The translations under genes were made by a program, and so were the position numbers. DNA of 64,000 nucleotides from an uncultured archaeon (GTDB taxonomy: Archaea; Asgardarchaeota; Heimdallarchaeia; Heimdallarchaeales; Heimdallarchaeaceae), in the NCBI GenBank assembly GCA_964549075.1, contig CAZJUB010000005.1, forward strand, positions 12,319-76,318, written 5' to 3'. The notes under the pieces were generated by a model. It did no database searches. It was not told the origin of the DNA and saw nothing but the letters and a program-made list of their open reading frames with translations. Positions 1 to 9,756 of this stretch are shown piece after piece (position 1 is the stretch's first letter; each line of letters opens with the position of its first letter).

Positions 1-597
1 CAAGAAGTAATAGATGAAGGATTGCAACAAGTAGAAAAGAAATCAACAAAAGAATTAGTATCATCTAAATTACTTGTTAATAGAATTTTAGAAATAAGAA
101 AGAAAGCTGGACTAGCTCAAACAATTGGAACAGCAGGTAAGGTTAAAGCTCCCATCATTTTCGGGAAAGATGAATTCAAACAAAAACTTGTGCAAGAAAT
201 CTTAGTTATAGGAACAGAAGAGCTAGAACCTATAGGTTCCGCTATTACTATTATCAATTTAATAGATTATTTCAGAGAAACTCGACCTAATTGGAAAATA
301 AAGACTGGAGATATAATTGAGGTAATTAAGCAACTAGAGAAGAAAAAAGTGATTCCTCCAAGAGTTGATATTGGAGAAGATGAAGTATTAATCAGATTCA
401 AACCTATAGAATTATCAAATGATTTACAAGAAATTTTACGACTTGCTACAGGATTGCCATCTCTTTCTGTTGAAAAAGTTGCTTCACATCTGGGATGGCC
501 ATTAGAGAGAGCACAAAGTACTTTAACTCTGATGATGAAGATGGATTTAGCAGTTCTAGATGAAAGTTCTGGTGAATATTACTTCCCGGGAATTTGA
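1..597 (+). CDS. EAP30/Vps22/Vps36 (ESCRT-II) winged-helix family protein, 5'-partial
   Basis: Frame is open from base 1 (QEVIDEGLQQ...). The C-terminus PIELSNDLQEILRLA...LGWPLERAQSTL...DESSGEYYFP matches the Vps22/SNF8 pattern (ELNMDH..VL.LA...LKWE.ERA...YWLP). Confidence 0.8.
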   Translation, partial: QEVIDEGLQQVEKKSTKELVSSKLLVNRILEIRKKAGLAQTIGTAGKVKAPIIFGKDEFKQKLVQEILVIGTEELEPIGSAITIINLIDYFRETRPNWKIKTGDIIEVIKQLEKKKVIPPRVDIGEDEVLIRFKPIELSNDLQEILRLATGLPSLSVEKVASHLGWPLERAQSTLTLMMKMDLAVLDESSGEYYFPGI

Positions 598-714
598 GTC
601 TATAAGAAGTAAGTCAAGAGGTAAAAATTGTCAAAGCCAAAGACTAGAGGAAGTTTTATTTAATTTTCTTGCATTTTGCGAAGAATTTATAAGCATTGAT
701 GGTACGATTCACTT

Positions 715-749
715 GGTGAAATCTCACACTTGTTTTGCGAGATTTCACC
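715..749. terminator. Inverted repeat/hairpin between convergent genes; possible terminator or small-RNA stem
   Basis: GGTGAAATCTC (715-725) and GAGATTTCACC (739-749) form a perfect 11-bp stem, followed by a pyrimidine tract on +. Confidence 0.45.
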
Positions 750-782
750 CTCCCTCCCTCATTTTTCTTATCTTATAGAATT

Positions 783-1616
783 TTACAGCTTTCTATACCA
801 ATATTTCTTTCCAGTTTTCTTTTTCTTTTCATCCATTTCAGCTAATACCTTCACAGCATAATTTGCAGCTAAAATTGCTTCTTTTTCTCCTTTCACTCCA
901 AATTCATTTGTTACTCTATTTGCATAAACAGCACATATTGCACCTGTTCTTGCTCCAAAAATCTGTCCTAATGTAAAAATATGTGATGCTTCCATTTCCA
1001 TATTCACCACACCCATTTTTTGTAAATCAGGAACTATGAGATCTGTTTTTGATATTTTGTAATCGTTATAACCTGGTCTACCTTGTCCTACATAGAAACT
1101 TGATGAGGAAGCAGCTATTCCAACATGATACGTATAGTCCAACTCTTCACATGCTTCAATCAGAGCTAGGACTATCTCATGATTAGCAACAGCTGGAAAA
1201 CTTTCAGGAACGTAATGAATACTTGATCCTTCTAATTTTACAGCAGCTATATTGATGACTAAATCTCCTATTTCCATACCTGCTTGCAAAGCTCCACATG
1301 AACCTACTCTAATGAATGTATTACATCCGATGTTAAGTAATTCAGTAATAGCTATTTCACAAGCTGGAGTGCCTATTCCAGTTGAAGTTACACTCACAGG
1401 AACATCGTAAACTTTCCCAGTATAGGAATAATATTGACGATGAGCTGCAACTTCTTTGTACTCTTGCCAACTTTCAGCTATCCTCTTTGCTCTTTCTGGA
1501 TCTCCAGGAAGCATAACAGGTCCAAGTAAATCTCCAGGTTTACATTCTATATGATACTGCATTCCTTCCTCAAAGACTGGTTTATCAGCTTCTATTTTCT
1601 TTTTATTTCCTTCCAT
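783..1616 (-). CDS. udp: Uridine phosphorylase (PNP/UDP family)
   Basis: Motifs PGDPERA, STGIG, IRVGSCG, FYVGQGR, NMEME, ANR. Confidence 0.9.
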   Translation of the reverse strand: MEGNKKKIEADKPVFEEGMQYHIECKPGDLLGPVMLPGDPERAKRIAESWQEYKEVAAHRQYYSYTGKVYDVPVSVTSTGIGTPACEIAITELLNIGCNTFIRVGSCGALQAGMEIGDLVINIAAVKLEGSSIHYVPESFPAVANHEIVLALIEACEELDYTYHVGIAASSSSFYVGQGRPGYNDYKISKTDLIVPDLQKMGVVNMEMEASHIFTLGQIFGARTGAICAVYANRVTNEFGVKGEKEAILAANYAVKVLAEMDEKKKKTGKKYWYRKL

Positions 1617-1667
1617 ACATCTTTAATAAAAGGAGAGAATAAAAGTTTTTCACCTTTTTTTCTTCTC

Positions 1668-2312
1668 TTACTTCGATTTCTTAGAATATAAGAATAATAT
1701 AGTCAATAGTGCTAAACTAATTATAGAGCCGCTTATATTACAGTTAAGAATTGATGAAATTGCTCCCCAGTTCAAAGGAAGTTCCTCATATGAGTAATAT
1801 TCCCCAGATTTGTTTACTTGTAAATAAGTATGCAAATATTTTGCATTAATATCAGAATCGAATTCAATCCAGAAAGTGTAATTTCCGGAGGGTAAACAAG
1901 TGAAATTTTCAGGTAAAATTATTATGTTGAGTGAATAATTAACTTTAAGCAATCCTGATGGAATTATATAGCTATTTGAAGCTGGACTCTCTATTTCAGA
2001 GATCAAACCAAGATAGGTTTCATTTTCATATTGAGCTTCAAAACCTGTATTAAATAAACCAAAATTTCCTGTATTAACAGTTACATTTGATACTGAAGGA
2101 TTCCATATTTCTAGTTGAATTAAAAAGTGAAATTCTGTTGCATCAAAATCATTTCCCTCATAGCGGATACCACAATAGAAATAAGAATAATTCTCATTTA
2201 TTGAACTTATCCGAGTATAGAGCACTGTTTGTGCAGAAACTGAAGAAACACAAAACAGGGAAATAATGAGTACAATAAAAGATATTGTAATTATATTTTG
2301 TTTTCTCATCAT
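1668..2312 (-). CDS. Secreted, C-terminally anchored protein of unknown function (paralogue of 48688..49380)
   Basis: Signal peptide ending VSA, N-x-S/T sequons, C-terminal hydrophobic helix followed by KKSK; shares LPxGNYTxW with 48688..49380. Confidence 0.7.
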   Translation of the reverse strand: MMRKQNIITISFIVLIISLFCVSSVSAQTVLYTRISSINENYSYFYCGIRYEGNDFDATEFHFLIQLEIWNPSVSNVTVNTGNFGLFNTGFEAQYENETYLGLISEIESPASNSYIIPSGLLKVNYSLNIIILPENFTCLPSGNYTFWIEFDSDINAKYLHTYLQVNKSGEYYSYEELPLNWGAISSILNCNISGSIISLALLTILFLYSKKSK

Positions 2313-2349
2313 ATGAGATTATCTTATCTTTTTATAAGTTCTTTGAATC

Positions 2350-3609
2350 TTATTTATCTTCGTTTAAAATTTCTTTAGCCCTATCTACAGAAATATTTTT
2401 TTCTGCGACCATAATTTCAGCAATATTATCGATTTGCTCACCTGTCGCTCCTGCAGTAATAGCTATATTTCGTGCGTGTAGAGACATGTGTCCTGCTTGA
2501 ATCCCTTCTGAGACTAGTGCTCTTAATGCTGCCAGATTCTGAGCTAGACCAACTGCACCTAAAATCCCAGCAAATTCACTCACTTCAGAAATCGACATTA
2601 TCTTGAAAGCTAGCTGATAAATTGGATTTACATTAATTGCTCCACCTAATATTCCAACAAATGTCGGGAGTTCAATAACTCCCTTTAAATCTCCTTCAGG
2701 TGTTTTTTCATAATGAGTTAAGGAGATATATCTTCCATTTCTTGCTGCAAACGCATGAGCTCCAGCTTCAATTGCTCTCGTATCATTTCCTGTTGCCAGG
2801 CAAACTGCTATCACACCATTCATAACTCCCTTATTATGAGTGGTGCATCTGAAAATATCACTATTTGCGAAATCACAAGCAAGTAGAATTTTATCTACAA
2901 CTTCTTCTCCACCCAAGAGTTCCTTATCGAAAACAGCTGAAACCTTTACTGTTCTTTTTACAGCATAATTGGAAATAATTTTAAGTAATACTTGTCCTCC
3001 TGTGAGCTCTTCTATTTTTGGAGAAATTATCTCAAGCATTGTATTAACTGTATTAGCTCCTTGGACATCTTTAACATTGACTATCAAATGAACAACTAGA
3101 TAATCTGCTAATTGTCCTTCTACTTCTCTTACTTCTACATCAGTAGCACCTCCACCAAGTCCAACAAGAACTTTGTTTGTGGAATTTGCTAATTCTTTTA
3201 ATTCATCTTTAACATCTAGAATTTTCTCTGTAGCTTCTTTAGGATTAGAAACATTCAAAACTTGTATTTGTCCTATAGCAAAAGATCCAGAATAATGCGC
3301 TGTGAACCCACCTTTTTCTCTAGCTATTTTTGCCAAATAGCTAGCAGCTGCAACTACAGAAGATTCTTCTACTGCCATCGGAACAAGATAATCCCTGTTA
3401 TTGACAGTAAAATTAGTTGCAATACCTAGTGGGAGATTTACTCTACCTACTACATTTTCTATCATGTAACCTAAAATTTCATCAGAGATATTAGCACCTT
3501 CTAATGTTTTCAAATCTTGAGGTGATAAATCTAATAATGAAACAAGTTTAGCTTTTCTTTCTTCTATAGAGAGATTATAAAAATTCTCAATTCTAGAGCT
3601 TAAAGGCAT
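2350..3609 (-). CDS. hmgA: Hydroxymethylglutaryl-CoA reductase, class II (bacterial/degradative type)
   Basis: IENVVG, PMAVEESSVVAA, DVQGAN, THNKG, GHMSLH. Start moved to ATG 3609 (MPLSSRI) to avoid overlap with rps17e. Confidence 0.92.
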   Translation of the reverse strand: MPLSSRIENFYNLSIEERKAKLVSLLDLSPQDLKTLEGANISDEILGYMIENVVGRVNLPLGIATNFTVNNRDYLVPMAVEESSVVAAASYLAKIAREKGGFTAHYSGSFAIGQIQVLNVSNPKEATEKILDVKDELKELANSTNKVLVGLGGGATDVEVREVEGQLADYLVVHLIVNVKDVQGANTVNTMLEIISPKIEELTGGQVLLKIISNYAVKRTVKVSAVFDKELLGGEEVVDKILLACDFANSDIFRCTTHNKGVMNGVIAVCLATGNDTRAIEAGAHAFAARNGRYISLTHYEKTPEGDLKGVIELPTFVGILGGAINVNPIYQLAFKIMSISEVSEFAGILGAVGLAQNLAALRALVSEGIQAGHMSLHARNIAITAGATGEQIDNIAEIMVAEKNISVDRAKEILNEDK

Positions 3610-3655
3610 GAATATAAAATAGAGGAGGGGATTAAAAAAGATTCTTTCAAAAGAG

Positions 3656-3874
3656 CTATAGTTCTTCAAGAACTTGTATTTTTTGATCTTTAAATTGTCT
3701 CATAATACGAGTAACATAACCAGCAATCAGATTTCTCATCTTTTTGGACATGGTTGAACAAACTTCTTCTACAACATGTTTGTTATTTTCGAACTCTGTA
3801 TTTAATTGATCATGGAAATCTCGTACAATTTGCTTAGATAATCTCTTAACTTGACTTGTTCGTATATTACCCAT
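3656..3874 (-). CDS. rps17e: 30S ribosomal protein S17e
   Basis: MGNIRTSQVKR...FENNK...SKKMRNLIAGYVT signature; ATG at 3874. Confidence 0.95.
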   Translation of the reverse strand: MGNIRTSQVKRLSKQIVRDFHDQLNTEFENNKHVVEEVCSTMSKKMRNLIAGYVTRIMRQFKDQKIQVLEEL

Positions 3875-3937
3875 TTTATCTCTATTTGGTGCTTTAAACA
3901 ATGCATTTTAAATCTTGCTATCAAAGGCAAAATAGAA

Positions 3938-4657
3938 TTAGAAGTAAAATTGTTCTGTGGGGTAAACCTCTATACCATTCGAAGTTATTGCAAAAGGTCT
4001 TTCTGACATTTCATGCTTTAATCCTCGCATTTTTCTGATATTTAGACTTCGAATAGCTACATTATTTTTGTACTCATAATTTAGAACAATCACTCCTTGG
4101 CTCATAAACTCCTCTACACCAAATCTACTCACTATTCCCCCTCTCATCTCACTTGTTAGGATAGTAGTACATTCTAAAGAAGACATTACAGCGCTAAGTT
4201 TGAGAATTTGTCTTCTAATCTGTTGCTCAGATGCCATGGAGAGTGCTAAGGCTGTAATACTATCAATTACAACTCTTTCAGCTGATGTTTTATCTATGAT
4301 TTCAACCAGTTGAGTAATAAGCTCATCAACATCTACAGCTGTTTGATATTGTTCATTTGAACTAACACCAGCTCTTGGACTAAAACCATCAATGATGACC
4401 AGAAGATTGTCTTTTTCGATATCATTGAGATTCCATCCAAAGTTTAAGGTTTCTTCTCTTACATGTGTAGGATGTTCGTCAAAAGAAACGAATATACCAC
4501 TTTCTCCGCCAGAAACTATTCCATGATAAAGAAATTGCATCCCAAAAGTAGATTTTCCTGCTCCTGCAGGTCCAGAAACGAGAATTGTTCTACCTTTAGG
4601 TAATCCTCCGCCTAGGATTCCATCAAGTCCAATAATGCCAGTTTCTATTAATTCCAT
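3938..4657 (-). CDS. Single-domain KaiC/RAD55-family ATPase
   Basis: TGIIGLDGILGGG, Walker A GPAGAGKS, RVVIDS, C-terminal IRKMRG. Confidence 0.88.
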   Translation of the reverse strand: MELIETGIIGLDGILGGGLPKGRTILVSGPAGAGKSTFGMQFLYHGIVSGGESGIFVSFDEHPTHVREETLNFGWNLNDIEKDNLLVIIDGFSPRAGVSSNEQYQTAVDVDELITQLVEIIDKTSAERVVIDSITALALSMASEQQIRRQILKLSAVMSSLECTTILTSEMRGGIVSRFGVEEFMSQGVIVLNYEYKNNVAIRSLNIRKMRGLKHEMSERPFAITSNGIEVYPTEQFYF

Positions 4658-4714
4658 AAGTTCATGAGAACATTAATTATAAAAAGAGTTTCGGAAGTGA
4701 TAGTGACAAAATCA

Positions 4715-6514
4715 CTATTCAACTTTTCTTAACTCCCAACCACCTGGTGATCTAAACATTAGTGTATGTTCGGAGAGACTATCCATATTCAAGATCAGCT
4801 CCACATCGTGTTCTTTACGAAAGTATGAGGAAGCAAGTGTAATCTTGAATCTTCCGTTAATCAAATGTATGATATTTCCAAGATTTGAATTATCTGTAAA
4901 TTCATTATTCTCGTCAACAATAGCTATACGAGCCATAATACCCCAATTCATAACTCTAATTATAGGAGTTAACTTATTTTTTGTTCTCATTTGTCCAACA
5001 CCAACACAATATAATGCAGATTTGAAATCTATTGGAAGTGCTGAAAGATCAACAAAATCTGGAGTTATATATTCTTCCAAATCTTTCGGACGAGAAGTCA
5101 CCTGTAATTCAACCTTGTAGCTTGATTTTATTTCAGGGAATTTATCTACAAATACTTCATATAAGGAATTAATTTTGTTCTTTATTTGAGAATAACCAGA
5201 GAAATACAACCAGCTTAGATATTCTAGACTTGCAATACAGAGACCTCTATTTTTCGAATTTAAAGAGAGGTAGAAGGTTTGTTCAAACATCAATGATGCT
5301 TTTCTAAGCTCGTTTAATTGCATAAACTTGAATCCCAATTGATTGATAAATTCTATATTGTCTAAATCTAGGTCTTTGGCTTTTTCAACAGCTGCATTCC
5401 CTCCGATAACAACAGTAAGTAAAATTAAAGCTCTTATGACATTCACTACATCTGTTCTTTGATACTGATTGCACTCATCCTCAAAAGCAGGTGTAAAATA
5501 TGAATTTAGTCTTTGTATCTGACCAGATAAGAGGAGTATAATCATGCGCAGAAAATGTACATCTAAACCATATTCTTTGGATGCATCACTGCTTTGAAAG
5601 AGTATCATCAGTAATTTATCCATATATACTCTTGCTAAGTCCACTTTTCTATTTTCAATTAAACAGATACAGGCTAAATATTGTAATCTTCCCAATAGTA
5701 AAAGAGCTTCATTATAAATCACATGATCTTCTATCTTATCAACAGCTAATTTCCATTCTACTAAATAGTCAGTAATCTCTCTTACTCTAGAAAGCAATTC
5801 TCTTTCTAGTAATTTATATTGACCTTGCCTGAAGTCTTCATCTAATCCATGAAAATCGCTTTGAATTTCAGTTAAAAGCTCCTTAAGTTGCAAGGATTCT
5901 ATCGAAAAACCATCAACTTTCTCAAGATCAGTTCTACTTATTTGTGAGAGTTTTTCTTCATACTCAGATTGTATCACAGATACGGCAGAATCGATAATCT
6001 TTCGTATTCTTTTGACAGGATCATAACGATTAGTACTTTCAACCGAATACCTAATTTCAGCAGTAATTAACCTATTCTCTAGTTCCTTTAAGAATGATTC
6101 TTGAGAATGATCCTTGTTATCTGCTATGATTAATCTAAGGAAAGCACTGTTTGTTAATGTAGAAATACCAAGAAGTTCAGCTGTTTCGAGAAGTTTTAAA
6201 TCACTACTCACAACAGTCGCATTTAATCTATCAGCAACATGAATTACAGATAAATCTGGCTTTTGTGGAAGATTAGCTGTAAGTTTGAGAATCTTAGTGA
6301 TAAAATCCTGAAATTTGTGAGGATCTACTGCTTCTTCTTTTACATGAGGTAATATTTCTCTCAATAAAAAGAAACGCATCTCATTTTTAATTAATGAAGG
6401 TAAGAAAATCTCAACTTTTACATCTTTTATAGTTTTAGCAAATTTAGGGTATTTATTTGGTTGTGATTGAAAACCACTGATGTAGAAATTAGTATCTATA
6501 ACATAGCGAGACAT
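4715..6514 (-). CDS. PIN-domain protein with long helical (TPR-like) C-terminal region
   Basis: N-terminal VIDTN, later E...D(L)SVI...VVSSDLKL (PIN acidic residues); downstream helical repeats resemble TPR (inference). Confidence 0.6.
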   Translation of the reverse strand: MSRYVIDTNFYISGFQSQPNKYPKFAKTIKDVKVEIFLPSLIKNEMRFFLLREILPHVKEEAVDPHKFQDFITKILKLTANLPQKPDLSVIHVADRLNATVVSSDLKLLETAELLGISTLTNSAFLRLIIADNKDHSQESFLKELENRLITAEIRYSVESTNRYDPVKRIRKIIDSAVSVIQSEYEEKLSQISRTDLEKVDGFSIESLQLKELLTEIQSDFHGLDEDFRQGQYKLLERELLSRVREITDYLVEWKLAVDKIEDHVIYNEALLLLGRLQYLACICLIENRKVDLARVYMDKLLMILFQSSDASKEYGLDVHFLRMIILLLSGQIQRLNSYFTPAFEDECNQYQRTDVVNVIRALILLTVVIGGNAAVEKAKDLDLDNIEFINQLGFKFMQLNELRKASLMFEQTFYLSLNSKNRGLCIASLEYLSWLYFSGYSQIKNKINSLYEVFVDKFPEIKSSYKVELQVTSRPKDLEEYITPDFVDLSALPIDFKSALYCVGVGQMRTKNKLTPIIRVMNWGIMARIAIVDENNEFTDNSNLGNIIHLINGRFKITLASSYFRKEHDVELILNMDSLSEHTLMFRSPGGWELRKVE

Positions 6515-6549
6515 TAAAAGAAGATATGAAAAGGACTATTTTTATCTTT

Positions 6550-7485
6550 TTATGATGATTTATTTGTTTTTATATGGTTAAATAACTCTGTTAAACCATC
6601 ATTTAAGGTTACAGAAGGTTTAAAACCTAAGATGCTTTTAGCTTTCTCTATAGAACAATAGCTATCTCTGATATCTCCAATTCGTTCTTCCACATGTATA
6701 GGTGTGATAGTTTTTCCACTAATCTTGATAATCATGTTTGCTAACTCTATAATTGAAGTTCCTTTACCTGAACCAATATTGAAAATACGTTGAGGATCTG
6801 TATCTTTTTCTAGAGCTAACTTAATAGCAATCGCAGCATCACTAGCATGAATAAAATCACGTGTTTGAAGTCCATCTCCCTCAATTTGTGGAGGTAAGTC
6901 CTGTAGAACTGCATTTATAAATTTATAAATTACACCTGCATAAGGATCATCTTCTTTTTGAAGGGGACTATACAAATTAAATGGTAGTATCACAATCGAG
7001 TTCAGATTAAATAGATCAGCATAAAGAAGAGCATATTTCTCAGCAACATATTTGCTTAATCCATAAGGTGAAATAGGATTACGTGGGTGCTCCTCAGTTA
7101 TTGGTAAGAAATGTGGTTGTCCAATTGTTGCTGCTGAACTAAGGTAGATAAATTTCTTTACATTATTATTTTTTGCATACTCCAGCAAATTAAGGGTTCC
7201 CAAAATATTGGTTTGAGCATCTATTATAGGATCAATTACTGATTTATTGATACTTATTTGTGCAGCACAGTGGATAACGTAATCCACAGCTGGAATTGAT
7301 TTCAGAAATTCTGAATCTTCTATACTTCCTTTATGAAAAATCACGTTTTCAGGGGGATTAAACTTACTACTTGTCTCATTATCTAAGATATGGATTTTAT
7401 AGCTTCCTTTGAGAGATTGATAAAGAAAATAACCGATTTGACCTAGCCCACCAGTTATGAGAATAGCTTGATCTTTTATAGTCAT
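6550..7485 (-). CDS. NAD-dependent nucleotide-sugar epimerase/dehydratase (GalE-like)
   Basis: TGGLGQIG, SSAA, YGLSK, GDGLQTRDFIH, FNIGSG, RIGDI. Confidence 0.9.
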   Translation of the reverse strand: MTIKDQAILITGGLGQIGYFLYQSLKGSYKIHILDNETSSKFNPPENVIFHKGSIEDSEFLKSIPAVDYVIHCAAQISINKSVIDPIIDAQTNILGTLNLLEYAKNNNVKKFIYLSSAATIGQPHFLPITEEHPRNPISPYGLSKYVAEKYALLYADLFNLNSIVILPFNLYSPLQKEDDPYAGVIYKFINAVLQDLPPQIEGDGLQTRDFIHASDAAIAIKLALEKDTDPQRIFNIGSGKGTSIIELANMIIKISGKTITPIHVEERIGDIRDSYCSIEKAKSILGFKPSVTLNDGLTELFNHIKTNKSS

Positions 7486-7579
7486 ATAAAGTATTAAGGG
7501 TAAAACTTTTTAAAAGCATAACGTTCTTTTGCTCATTAGACTTACTAATATTTTATGAGTAAAGAATAAAGGTGAAGAA

Positions 7580-8662
7580 ATGTCGAAAAAGATTCGAGTT
7601 GCAATCGCTGGTTTAGGTAATTGCGCTTCAGCTCTAGTTCAAGGTCTAGAGTACTACAAAAATGCGGATGAAAACGATTTCATTCCTGGCATTATGCATG
7701 TTAAATTTGGAGATTACCACCTTTCTGATATAGAGCTTGCCACAGTATTTGAGGTAAATGCCATGAAAATTGGAAAAGACATATCAGAAGCAATCTGGCA
7801 AAAACCAAATGTATGTAAAAAATTCTCAGATGTTCCTCATAAAGGTATTGAGGTTCTCCCTGGTCCAATTAGTGATGGAGTAGCACCTCATATGAAGAAA
7901 TCCTTTCATTGCTATGATGAATCATCAATAAAAGCTGTTAATGTAGCAGAGATTCTTAAGGAAAAAGATGTAGATGTTTTAATCAACTTTTTACCTGTTG
8001 GAAGTGAGAATGCTACTAAAATTTATGCTCAAGCTGCATTAGATTCAAATGTTGCATTAGCAAATGGAATCCCTGCTTTTATAGCTTCAAATGAAGAATG
8101 GGGAAGAAAATTCACTGAAAAAAATATTCCAGTAGCTGGTGATGATATTAAATCACAACTTGGAGCGACCATATTACACAGAATGCTTGTTTCTCTAGCT
8201 CATGATAGAGGTATAAAAATGGATGAAACTTTTCAGCTAAATATCGGTGGAAATACTGACTTTGAAAATATGAAAAAAGAGTACAGATTAACTACTAAAA
8301 GGATATCTAAAACTGAAGCTGTCACAAGTATGATCCCTTATGAAGTACCAACAAGAATTGGACCTTCAGATTATGTACCATTTCTTGAAGATGAAAAAAT
8401 ATGTTATTTATGGTTGAAAGGTAAGAATTTTGGAGAACAACCGTTATCTGTTCAATTAAAATTATCAGTTCAAGATTCTCCAAATAGCGCAGGAGTAATG
8501 ATTGATGTAGTAAGATCTCTAAAAATCGCACAGGATAGAAATATTGGTGGACCTTTAATTGGTGTTTCCAGCTATTTCTTCAAACATCCTCCAAAACAGA
8601 TAAATGATTCTCAAGCTAAAGAACTTGTTGAGAAATTTATTAGAGGAGAGATAACTAATTAG
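7580..8662 (+). CDS. ino1: myo-inositol-1-phosphate synthase
   Basis: GLGNCAS, GDDIKSQLGAT, NIGGNTDF, SKT, DSPNSAG and FKHPP all intact. Confidence 0.93.
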   Translation: MSKKIRVAIAGLGNCASALVQGLEYYKNADENDFIPGIMHVKFGDYHLSDIELATVFEVNAMKIGKDISEAIWQKPNVCKKFSDVPHKGIEVLPGPISDGVAPHMKKSFHCYDESSIKAVNVAEILKEKDVDVLINFLPVGSENATKIYAQAALDSNVALANGIPAFIASNEEWGRKFTEKNIPVAGDDIKSQLGATILHRMLVSLAHDRGIKMDETFQLNIGGNTDFENMKKEYRLTTKRISKTEAVTSMIPYEVPTRIGPSDYVPFLEDEKICYLWLKGKNFGEQPLSVQLKLSVQDSPNSAGVMIDVVRSLKIAQDRNIGGPLIGVSSYFFKHPPKQINDSQAKELVEKFIRGEITN

Positions 8663-8670
8663 GTGATAAA

Positions 8671-9741
8671 ATGAAAGAAGATATCATAAAAATTGCAATT
8701 GCTGGTGTAGGTAATTGCGCTTCAGGTTTAATTCAAGGAATTGATTACTTACAAACTTATGAAGAAAAACGAAAGAAACTACTTCATCCTAAAATTAGCA
8801 GCTATGAGGTGAAAAATATCGAAATCGTAGCAGCATTTGATGTTGATAAAGAAAAAGTAGGAAAAGATGTTTCTGAAGCTATTTTTGCACCAATAAATAG
8901 TACTCCAAAGTTTATAGATGTTGAGCAAAAAAATGTGACTGTGGTTAAAGGGCCTTTAAAAGATGGACTCACAGGACATCTTCAAGAAGTTATCAAAGTG
9001 GCAGAAAATCCTGAAGCTGATGTTACAAAGATTCTTCAAGAATCAGGAGCTGAAATTCTTATTTGTGCATTACCGACTGGAGCAGAAGAAGCTGTAAAAG
9101 CATATGCTCAAGCTGCTTTAGATACCGAAGTAGCTTTTATCAATTGTACTCCTACTTTGATAGCGAGTAATCCTGAATGGGCTAGAAAATTCAAAAAATC
9201 GAATATTTGTCTAATTGGGGATGACTTACAATCTCTAGCTGGTGGAACTGTTCTCCATAAAGGTTTTCTTGACGTTCTTAAAGAACAAGGAGTTAAAATC
9301 AAAGACACTTATCAGCTAGATGTTGCAGGTGGTCTTGAAACACTTAATACTTTAGATGATGAAAGAAAGCAATACAAAAGAGAGGTTAAAGAAAGAACCA
9401 TACGAGAATCTTTTGGGAATGATATAAATTTAGCAAGCGGTACTTCTGATTACCTTGAATTTCTTGGGAATAGACGTATAGGCCATTTCTGGATTTTGGG
9501 TGAAGGATTTATGGACATGCCCATTAAAATCGATATTCGTTTAGAGACTCTAGATGGTCCTAATGCAGCAGGAACCTTAGTTGATGTAATTCGAGCGACC
9601 AAACTTGCCATTAACAGAGCTGGAAGTGGACCAATTAGTTCAATTTGTGCCTATGGATTTAAGGCACCACCAGTTACAACAGAAAGACATACTGCTCATC
9701 AATGGTTTAATGAATATTTAGAAGGAATTCGTTCTGACTGA
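8671..9741 (+). CDS. Divergent second myo-inositol-1-phosphate synthase homologue
   Basis: GVGNCAS and FKAPP retained, but GDDLQS, AGGLET and DGPNAAG replace the canonical motifs; AGGTGA ribosome-binding site upstream. Confidence 0.85.
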   Translation: MKEDIIKIAIAGVGNCASGLIQGIDYLQTYEEKRKKLLHPKISSYEVKNIEIVAAFDVDKEKVGKDVSEAIFAPINSTPKFIDVEQKNVTVVKGPLKDGLTGHLQEVIKVAENPEADVTKILQESGAEILICALPTGAEEAVKAYAQAALDTEVAFINCTPTLIASNPEWARKFKKSNICLIGDDLQSLAGGTVLHKGFLDVLKEQGVKIKDTYQLDVAGGLETLNTLDDERKQYKREVKERTIRESFGNDINLASGTSDYLEFLGNRRIGHFWILGEGFMDMPIKIDIRLETLDGPNAAGTLVDVIRATKLAINRAGSGPISSICAYGFKAPPVTTERHTAHQWFNEYLEGIRSD

Positions 9742-9756
9742 TGATCCTTCTTTTCT

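Noticed and set aside
715-749. Hairpin as a SECIS element recoding the TGA at 595-597
   Set aside because: The EAP30-like protein ends where homologues end, and the perfect stem lacks an evident SECIS non-canonical core.
560-778. 72-aa plus-strand ORF
   Set aside because: Overlaps the EAP30 gene end, spans the hairpin and has no recognisable motif.
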